Shown: one piece after another, positions 1-6,312 of the stretch
How positions within the stretch are numbered: the stretch's first letter is position 1
Layout of the letters: every line of letters begins with the position of its first letter
Source of the DNA: Acidobacteriota bacterium
GTDB taxonomy: Bacteria; Acidobacteriota; UBA4820; DSQY01
NCBI GenBank assembly: GCA_049967655.1
Contig: JBMFSH010000052.1
Location: 1 to 14,296 of the forward strand
Reading direction: 5' to 3'
Length of the DNA: 14,296 bases
Translations under genes and position numbers: made by a program
Notes under the pieces: generated by a model
Databases searched by the model: none
The model's input: the letters and a program-made list of their open reading frames with translations, nothing else
Told to the model about the DNA's origin: nothing

Positions 1-157
1 CGCGGCCACGCTGGCGTGGACGCGCCCGGACCAGGCCCCCAGCGCCGCGCCAAAGGCGCGGCCCAGACCCAGCCGTGGCTCGGAGCCGGCAAGGCGTTCT
101 ATTTTGGACAGGCATGATCAAGCTTCATGAGGTCCCAAGGATTCGGGCGGCGCGCCG

Positions 158-1468
158 TCAATGAGCGGCCGTTTCCGAGGCGGTCCAGCGCAGTTTGGCG
201 ACGGGCGGCGCGGCCTCGATTCCGACGAAGGTCATGGTCCGGCAGTCCAGGTAGGCCAGGGCCTTGGCCCAGGCCGGCCGCCCGGCGGGCACGTAGGTCA
301 GCGTCACGGTCGGTGAGTCGCCTGTCTGGATCGCCTTGAGCCTCGCCCGGCTGGCGTCGTAGGACCAAGTTCCCGTCACCTTTCCCTCGGCGGCCTCCAC
401 GCGCCACGCCCGGCCGCCCGCCGGATCGAAGCACCAGAGGGAACGGCCGGCCTGGGGCTCCCAGACCACGTAGGGCGCCTGCGCCGCCTCTTCGGGCAGG
501 GGAACAACCCGCCCCACGGCCAGGCCGGCGCGGTCCAGTTGGACCGTCGCGGGCGGGCCCGCGCCTCCCACCGGAAAGAGCAGCATGCCTCGCCCGTCCG
601 GGCTGACCTCGATGCGCTGGAAGCGGGCGTGCTCCCCGAGGCGCAGGGGCGTGCGCCGCCCCTCCAAGTCCACCCTGAACACGCCTCCGGGGCCCGAGGC
701 GTAGAAGCACGGAAGGCGGGGGTTCCAGGCCACGGACCAGGCGCTCTCGTCGGCCTTCGGGTAGGAGCGGCCCTGGAGGTCCGAGACGCCGGCCCGACCG
801 GCCCCGTCCGCGGCGAGGATCAGCCCCTCCCGCCCCGGGTGCAGCCAGGCCATCCGGATCCCTCCGCCGGCCTCCTCCAGCCCTCGCGCGGCGGGCAGGA
901 GAGAGCCGTCGGCGAGCCTGCGGAAGTTGCCCGTGCCCAAGTCCAGCAGCCCCCAGCCGGCCGCCGGCCCGCCGAGCCCGAAGGAGCCCATGGGCACCAG
1001 CACCGAGTCCAGGGAGGCGTCGAAGGAGGCCCGGTCGAAGAGGGAGCGCCTCACGTCGGCCAACTCGCCCTGCATGGCGCCCGCCTGGATGCTGGCCATC
1101 TCGCGGTCGGCCGTACTCTCGCCGCCCGCGGGAGGGTGCAGGAGGAGCTGGACGCTGCTGGAGAGGATCTCGTGCCGCTTCACGCTCTCCGGGGCCGGCC
1201 GGCCCTGCTCCCCCATGAGGACGGCGATGTACTGGCGCAGGTCCGATTCCGTCGCCTTTCCCGTCAGGAGAAAGCGGATCCTCTCGCTCGTCCGCGCGTA
1301 GAGAAAGCCGCGGCCGGGGCAATAGACGCCGCCTTCGCTGGGCAGGGCGATCTCCACGGTCCTCGTCCGCTCCCCGTTGCACGCAACGAGGCCCACGAGG
1401 CCGAGAACGAGGAGCGCGCCCAGAAGCGCGCTCGCCGCGAGACGGCGCCCATGCCGCCCGGCGATCAC
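158..1468 (-). CDS. Hypothetical lipoprotein (~436 aa) with probable C-terminal beta-propeller (TolB/WD40-like)
   Basis: Trimmed from ORF 158..1765. GTG at 1468 overlaps the upstream TGA (GTGA). The N-terminus VIAGRHGRRLAASALLGALLVLGLVGLVAC has a basic n-region, a hydrophobic h-region and lipobox LVAC (Cys30). Repeated blade-like motifs follow: AWLHPGREG, VAWNPRLP, IEVSPDGRG, VVWEPQAGR, LTYVPAGR. The fold call is inference. Confidence 0.7.
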   Translation of the reverse strand: MIAGRHGRRLAASALLGALLVLGLVGLVACNGERTRTVEIALPSEGGVYCPGRGFLYARTSERIRFLLTGKATESDLRQYIAVLMGEQGRPAPESVKRHEILSSSVQLLLHPPAGGESTADREMASIQAGAMQGELADVRRSLFDRASFDASLDSVLVPMGSFGLGGPAAGWGLLDLGTGNFRRLADGSLLPAARGLEEAGGGIRMAWLHPGREGLILAADGAGRAGVSDLQGRSYPKADESAWSVAWNPRLPCFYASGPGGVFRVDLEGRRTPLRLGEHARFQRIEVSPDGRGMLLFPVGGAGPPATVQLDRAGLAVGRVVPLPEEAAQAPYVVWEPQAGRSLWCFDPAGGRAWRVEAAEGKVTGTWSYDASRARLKAIQTGDSPTVTLTYVPAGRPAWAKALAYLDCRTMTFVGIEAAPPVAKLRWTASETAAH

Positions 1469-2100
1469 AGGATGGCCACGGCGCGCACCGGCGCGCCCTC
1501 CGCGCGGGCCAGGGGCAGGGGAAGGCAGGCGAAGAGGAAGGGGGCCTCCGGAAGGAGGTCGAGGCCGGTCAGGTTCTCCACCAGGAGCTTTCCGGCCCCG
1601 AGGAGGATCCGGTGGACAGGCAGGCCGTCCGAACCCACGGGATCGAAGGAGGGGCCGTCCACACCCACGCCCGAGAGGCTGGAATCGGCGAGCCAGCGGG
1701 CCGCCTCGGGCTCCAGGCAGGGAAAGCCCTCCCCGTAGCCGGGCGTTCCCCAGCGCCCGGCCCACCCCGTGTCCATGAGCAGGAAGCGGATTCCGGCCAG
1801 GCTGCCGGCGAGCCCTTGCAGATCGCTCAATCCGATGGCGGAGCCCTCCGCCGCCGGGACACGTACCACCCGGGCGCTGCCCATGAACCGGCCGGGGTCC
1901 ATCTCATCCAGCGTCCCACCCTCCATCAGGACGTGCGCCGCGGCATCCACGTGGGTTCCGGTGTGGCTGTGCAATCCGACTCGCCGCGCGGCGTAGCCGT
2001 CCCGCTCGACGGTGGCGAGGGGCTGGAACTCGGGAGGCAGGTCGCCCGGGAACATGGGCATGTCCGGCTCGATGCGGTGGCTGAGGTCGAGGACTCTCAT
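1465..2100 (-). CDS. Cyclase family metal-dependent hydrolase (kynurenine formamidase KynB-like), 211 aa
   Basis: Start moved to ATG 2100 (MRVLDLSHRI..PMFPGD, the typical family N-terminus). Metal motif HSHTGTHVDAAAH (HxGTHxDxPxH-like), plus GVGVDGPSFD, VHRILLG, LVENL and a C-terminal GAPVRAVA. Confidence 0.9.
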   Translation of the reverse strand: MRVLDLSHRIEPDMPMFPGDLPPEFQPLATVERDGYAARRVGLHSHTGTHVDAAAHVLMEGGTLDEMDPGRFMGSARVVRVPAAEGSAIGLSDLQGLAGSLAGIRFLLMDTGWAGRWGTPGYGEGFPCLEPEAARWLADSSLSGVGVDGPSFDPVGSDGLPVHRILLGAGKLLVENLTGLDLLPEAPFLFACLPLPLARAEGAPVRAVAIL

Positions 2101-2150
2101 GGGGGGCTGCCTACGAAGGGCGAGACGGGAGACGGGAAACGAAGAAAGAT

Positions 2151-2273
2151 AACCACAGAGACACGGAGGCACAGAGGGGAAGAGAATGCGCTCGTACGCG
2201 CCTCGCTTCTCCTCGGTGCCTTTTGAGACCTTTCCAGCTTCCTCATTCTCCGTGCCTCTGTGTCTCTGTGGTT
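2151..2273. repeat. 26-bp imperfect inverted repeat made of three 8-mer units (CACRGAGR), 71-nt spacer
   Basis: Left arm 2151-2176 AACCACAGAGACACGGAGGCACAGAG. Right arm 2248-2273 CTCCGTGCCTCTGTGTCTCTGTGGTT. 24 of 26 positions are Watson-Crick complementary (checked base by base). Confidence 0.92.
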
Positions 2274-2299
2274 CGCCCTTTTTTTCAGATTCCGATTCT

Positions 2300-3010
2300 T
2301 TACTTCAGCAGGGCCTTCATCTCGGCGACGGCCTGCTGAAGCCCGACGAACAGGGCCCTGGCGACGATGGCGTGGCCGATGTTGAGCTCCTCCACGAGCT
2401 CCATGGCCGCGATGGGGCCCACGTTCCGGTAGTTGAGGGCGTGGCCGGCCAGGATGGCAAGGCCCAGCTTGCTCCCCATTCTCACCGCCTCGTCGATGGC
2501 CTTGAGTGCGGCCGTCCGCTCAGCCTCCGTGCGGGCGATGGCGTAGGCGTTCGTGTTGATCTCCACCGCCTGCACCCCCGCTTTGTGGGCGGCCCGCACG
2601 GCGTTCAGGTTCGGGTCCACGAAGAGGCTCACGCGGATCCCGTGGGAGGCCAGCCTGGCCGCCGCCTGCGTGAGCTGGGCCTGGTTGAGGACCACGTCCA
2701 ACCCCCCCTCGGTGGTGATCTCGTTGGGCCGCTCGGGCACCAGCGTCACCTGCCAGGGCTGGATGGCCGCGGCCCTCTCCATCATCTCCGTGGTGGCGGC
2801 CATCTCGATGTTCAGCCGCGTCCCGATGGTTCGCTTCAGCAGCTCCACGTCCCGGTCCTGAATGTGGCGGCGGTCTCCCCGTAGGTGGACGGTGATCCCG
2901 TCCGCTCCGGCGAGCTCGCAGAGAACGGCGGCGTGAACCGGATCGGGCTCGGTCCCCTTTCGCGCCTGCCGGAGCGTGGCCACGTGATCGATGTTGACGC
3001 CCAGCTTCAT
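2300..3010 (-). CDS. pdxJ: Pyridoxine 5'-phosphate synthase
   Basis: Signature motifs LGVNIDHVATLRQAR, GADGITVHLRGDRRHIQDRD, LNIEMA, VTLVPE..TTEGGLD, AGHALNY and ELNIGHAIVARA. RBS AAGGAGG at 3016-3022. Confidence 0.97.
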   Translation of the reverse strand: MKLGVNIDHVATLRQARKGTEPDPVHAAVLCELAGADGITVHLRGDRRHIQDRDVELLKRTIGTRLNIEMAATTEMMERAAAIQPWQVTLVPERPNEITTEGGLDVVLNQAQLTQAAARLASHGIRVSLFVDPNLNAVRAAHKAGVQAVEINTNAYAIARTEAERTAALKAIDEAVRMGSKLGLAILAGHALNYRNVGPIAAMELVEELNIGHAIVARALFVGLQQAVAEMKALLK

Positions 3011-3032
3011 GGGACCCTCCTTCGCCTAAAGC

Positions 3033-4376
3033 TTAACCCTCGCCGAGCGTTCGCACGAGGACGGCCCTCAGCCTCTCCACGACCCCCTCCACGCGGGAGG
3101 GGGTGTCGGCCTCCACCATGAGCCTCAGCAGGGGCTCGGTCCCGGAGTAGCGGAGGATGATCCGCCCGCGGTCGGACAGCCGCGCCTTCTCCTCCTCGAT
3201 GGCCGCACAGATAGCCGGCTGCTCCTCCAGGGGGAGCCTCCTCTCGACCCTCAGGTTGACCATCACCTGCGGGTAGGGGCGGATGCCTTCCGCCAGGGCC
3301 TCCATTCCTCCGGCGTCCCTGGCGAGCATGGCGTAGGTGAGCGCCGTCAGGAGACCGTCGCCCGTGGTGGCCAGGTCGAGGAACAGGATGTGCCCCGAGG
3401 GCTCTCCGCCCAGGAGCCCGCCGCGGTCCTGGAGGCACTGCAAGACGTACCGGTCGCCCACGGGCGCCCGGAAGAAGCGCATCCCCTCCCGCTTCAGCGC
3501 CTGCTCCAGCCAGAGGTTGCTCATCACGGTCCCCACCACCCAGCCTCCGGGCAGACGATTCTCGGGAAGGCGGGCGCGGGCCTCGTGGTAGAGGATAAAG
3601 TCTCCGTCCAGCACCTTTCCGGAGGGCGTGACGGCCATGCAGCGGTCGGCATCCCCGTCGAAGGCGAACCCCATGTCCGCGCCAGCCTCCCGGACCCTTC
3701 CCGCGAAGTCCTGCGCGTGGAGGCTCCCGCACCCCGCGTTGATGTTCCGGCCGTCGGGCTCGCAGGCGCGGCACACCACCTCTGCTCCCAGTGCCCGAAA
3801 GAGGGCCGGGGCCACCCGGTGGGCCGCGCCGTTCGCCCCGTCCACTAACAACCGGCGGCCCTTCAGGGACGCGCCTCGCCAGAGGCTCTGGAGCCACTCC
3901 ACGTAGGCCCGTTCCATCCCCTCCTCCGCCGGACCGGGAGAGGCGGCGTCGGGCGCGGACCGCGATCCCCCCCGAAGCCCCTCCATCGCCACCTCGATGT
4001 GGTGTTCGGTCTCGTCGGGGAGCTTGAAACCTCTGCCGGAGAAGAACTTGATCCCGTTGTCCTCGAAGGGGTTGTGAGAGGCCGATACCATGGCGCCGAA
4101 GGTGTACCCGCCGGCGGCCGCGAGCCGCGCCAGCCCAGGCGTTGGAATCACCCCGGCGAAACGGCATTCCACGCCGCTCTCCCGAAGGCCCGCCAGCAAT
4201 TGCGCGCTGATCCAGCCGCTGGACTCGCGGGGGTCCATGCCCACCAGCGCCGTGGCTCCGGCCCCTCCGAGGATGAGGCCGGCGGCCCGGCCCAGGGCCC
4301 TCACCGTGGGAGGGTCGAGGGGGAACTGACCGGCCCGACCCCGCAGGCCGTCCGTCCCGAAATAGCGGCGCTTCAC
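3033..4376 (-). CDS. glmM: Phosphoglucosamine mutase
   Basis: N-terminal YFGTDGLRG, catalytic Ser loop SASHNP, metal loop FDGDADR, GGEPSGH and C-terminal RYSGTEPLLRLMVE. The GTG start overlaps the cdaR stop (4373-4376), and the position after cdaA-cdaR is the conserved one. Confidence 0.95.
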   Translation of the reverse strand: MKRRYFGTDGLRGRAGQFPLDPPTVRALGRAAGLILGGAGATALVGMDPRESSGWISAQLLAGLRESGVECRFAGVIPTPGLARLAAAGGYTFGAMVSASHNPFEDNGIKFFSGRGFKLPDETEHHIEVAMEGLRGGSRSAPDAASPGPAEEGMERAYVEWLQSLWRGASLKGRRLLVDGANGAAHRVAPALFRALGAEVVCRACEPDGRNINAGCGSLHAQDFAGRVREAGADMGFAFDGDADRCMAVTPSGKVLDGDFILYHEARARLPENRLPGGWVVGTVMSNLWLEQALKREGMRFFRAPVGDRYVLQCLQDRGGLLGGEPSGHILFLDLATTGDGLLTALTYAMLARDAGGMEALAEGIRPYPQVMVNLRVERRLPLEEQPAICAAIEEEKARLSDRGRIILRYSGTEPLLRLMVEADTPSRVEGVVERLRAVLVRTLGEG

Positions 4377-5395
4377 GGAGCGTTCCCTCCGGCCGGGACG
4401 GGTGCCAGGGAGGGCTCGGCGGTCTGCCCGGGCTTGAGTACCTTGACACCCACGAAGCGCTGGATCCAGGAGGTGATCTCCACGTGCGCCGCCAGGTTGG
4501 TGCTGGTGAACCGGACCGCCGGCCTGAGCTGGTAGGCCTGGCTCGATGGCTTCAGCCCCGTCACGTCCACTTCCGCCACCAGGTCCTGCGGCGTCAGGGT
4601 GCGGACCAGCGAGAAGGGGCCGTCCACCATGACCTTCAGGCTGGTCGGATCGAGCACCGTCGGATACTTGGCGTTGAGGACTTTGATGGGGATGGGGCCG
4701 ATGGTTCTCTGGCTCCTGCGTTCGCCGATGCGGACGTTAAGCGTGTAGGGGCCCAGGTCCAGGACGGTGATCTCCGGGTCCGAGATGGTGGGCACGACCG
4801 GGGTCTGGAAGTCCTCCGACCGCCCCTCCAGGGAGACGGGCTGGGTGGGAGCGTGGTGCATGCGGCGCACGATGCTCTCGGGCCCTTCGATGCGCGTATT
4901 GGGAGGTTCTATAGACCAGCCAAGGACCTCCTTGCCCCTCGTCACGTGTCCGGTGAAGTGGGGATCCAGGGGGAGCGTCTCGGTCACCTTGCGCTCCAGG
5001 GTGAAGTGCAGAACCCCGGGCAACACCCGCACGAAGGAGACGGAAGAGGGAAGGCGGATGTCCTCCTGGCCGATTTCCAGAACCTGCGGGCCGAGATCCA
5101 GCTTGCCCACGTCCACCTTGGCGTCCACGTCCTCCTCGCGAACCCTCCTCAGCATCTCGGGGGAGCCCTTGATCTCCACCGTCACCAGGCGGGGGAGGTT
5201 CTCCCCGACGATGATCCTGTCCTTGGGAACGTTGGTAAATTCCAGGGGGACGCTGACGTCCTTCAGCGACTTCTCCTCGGAGACCGTGTACCCCCAGTAG
5301 AGCAGGGCCAGCACGAAGGAGAGAATGATCAGGGAGACGGGCGGGCGCTCGCGGAGCCTGCCCTTAGCTTCCAGATTCGGCCGCCGGGCTTTCAA
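4373..5395 (-). CDS. cdaR: CdaR/YbbR-like diadenylate cyclase regulator (~340 aa, N-terminal TM plus ~3 YbbR domains)
   Basis: Start placed at TTG 5395 because GGAGG (5404-5408) lies 8 nt upstream; the ORF-track ATG 5470 would overlap cdaA by 107 nt. TM segment LIILSFVLALLYWGY. Repeats VTVEIKGSPEML..VDAKVDV, IEPPNTRIEGPESIV and LDPTSLKVMVDGPFSLV..LVAEVDV match the YbbR pattern. Confidence 0.87.
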   Translation of the reverse strand: MKARRPNLEAKGRLRERPPVSLIILSFVLALLYWGYTVSEEKSLKDVSVPLEFTNVPKDRIIVGENLPRLVTVEIKGSPEMLRRVREEDVDAKVDVGKLDLGPQVLEIGQEDIRLPSSVSFVRVLPGVLHFTLERKVTETLPLDPHFTGHVTRGKEVLGWSIEPPNTRIEGPESIVRRMHHAPTQPVSLEGRSEDFQTPVVPTISDPEITVLDLGPYTLNVRIGERRSQRTIGPIPIKVLNAKYPTVLDPTSLKVMVDGPFSLVRTLTPQDLVAEVDVTGLKPSSQAYQLRPAVRFTSTNLAAHVEITSWIQRFVGVKVLKPGQTAEPSLAPVPAGGNAP

Positions 5396-6164
5396 CGGGC
5401 TTCCCTCCCAGGAGGTCAGTGAGTCTGCGTTCCAGTTCGTCGGAGCTGTCCACGGTTTCCAGTCTGCCATCCATGGCGAGAGAGACCACTCCGCGCTCCT
5501 CGCTCACCACCACGCAGATGGCGTCCGTGATCTCCGTGATGCCGACGGCGGCCCGGTGCCGCGTCCCGTAGGTGGTGGGCAGCGCACCGGAGGTGAGCGG
5601 CAGGAAACAGCTGGCCGCCATCACCCGCCCGTCGACGATGAGGGCCGCCCCGTCGTGCAGGGGGGTCCCCGGGTAGAAGAGGGTGACCAGGAGGTCCGAG
5701 GAGACCTCGGCCCCGACGCGGATGCCGGTCTCGGCATAGTCCTTGAGCCCCTGGCTGCGCTCCAGCAGGATGATCGCCCCGTAGCGGAGCTCCGCGAGGA
5801 TGAAGCTGGCGTTGGCCGTCTCCCTCGCCACCCGGCCGGTGACTTCGCGCCCCGCGCGATACCCGAAGAAGGTCCCGCCCAGGGTGGCCAGGAACTTCCG
5901 GATGGGCTCCTGAAACAGCACGATGACGGCGAACGGGATGTAGAAGAGCACGTTCTGGAGGAGGCGGTGGGTGGCGGTCATCTCCAGAAGCCCCGATAGG
6001 GCGTTGGCCACGGCCAGCACCACGACCCCGATGAGCATGTGCAACGACCGGGTGCCCCGCACCTGCCGGAACACGAGGAAGAAGAGCACGGTCACGGCCA
6101 GGACGTCCAGGACGTCGAACCAGTGCACTCCCCTCACGGCCAGCGTCCGGAATGCCTCCTCCAT
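5364..6164 (-). CDS. cdaA: Membrane-bound diadenylate cyclase (c-di-AMP synthase), CdaA/DacA
   Basis: Three N-terminal hydrophobic segments, IVLFQEPIRKFL, then a DAC domain with intact PLHDGA and GTRHRAA catalytic motifs and VVVSEERG. RBS GGAGG at 6175-6179. Confidence 0.95.
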   Translation of the reverse strand: MEEAFRTLAVRGVHWFDVLDVLAVTVLFFLVFRQVRGTRSLHMLIGVVVLAVANALSGLLEMTATHRLLQNVLFYIPFAVIVLFQEPIRKFLATLGGTFFGYRAGREVTGRVARETANASFILAELRYGAIILLERSQGLKDYAETGIRVGAEVSSDLLVTLFYPGTPLHDGAALIVDGRVMAASCFLPLTSGALPTTYGTRHRAAVGITEITDAICVVVSEERGVVSLAMDGRLETVDSSDELERRLTDLLGGKPVESPAAESGS

Positions 6165-6192
6165 CCGAGTCGGACCTCCAAAATGGCATCCT

Positions 6193-6222
6193 AGTATGGT
6201 CCTCCGATGCTTCGTGGGTCAA
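6193..6222 (-). promoter_or_regulatory. Putative sigma70-type promoter for the cdaA operon
   Basis: Minus-strand TTGACC (6222-6217), 18-nt spacer, CATACT (6198-6193), located in the divergent intergenic region. Motif match only. Confidence 0.4.
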
Positions 6223-6259
6223 GCTTTGGAATCGGGACGGGCGGGGGTTCCCCGCGGGC

Positions 6260-6289
6260 TTGTCCGCCGCCCTAAGCGGCGTGTAGAAT
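6260..6289 (+). promoter_or_regulatory. Putative sigma70-type promoter for the TPR-pccB-mltD unit
   Basis: TTGTCC (6260-6265), 18-nt spacer, TAGAAT (6284-6289), followed by RBS GGAGG at 6301-6305 and ATG 6313. Confidence 0.5.
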
Positions 6290-6312
6290 GCCAGGGAACG
6301 GGAGGATCGTCC

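Noticed and set aside
1..130. Possible partial CDS at the left edge (+ frames open 1..117 and 2..130; minus-strand ATG at 115)
   Set aside because: Several frames are open over a short GC-rich stretch with no recognisable motif, so none can be chosen.
113..130. Near-palindrome CATGATCAAGCTTCATGA
   Set aside because: Short, imperfect and without supporting context.
99..1778. Long alternative ORFs (99..1382 -, 539..1738 +, 1377..1778 +)
   Set aside because: Arg/Pro/Gly-rich off-frame or antisense shadows of the lipoprotein and cyclase genes, as expected in high-GC DNA.
2101..2172. N-terminal extension of the cyclase ORF (MPPCLCGYLSS...) and the start of ORF 2186..2884 (+)
   Set aside because: These peptides are translations of the octamer repeat arms. 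The family N-terminus begins at ATG 2100, and the + ORF is antisense to pdxJ.
2151..2273. CRISPR array interpretation of the repeats
   Set aside because: There are only two arms, in inverted orientation, with no repeat-spacer periodicity and no cas genes.
5971..6312. ORF-track N-terminal extension of the TPR protein
   Set aside because: It overlaps cdaA antisense and the divergent promoter region; a strong RBS supports ATG 6313.
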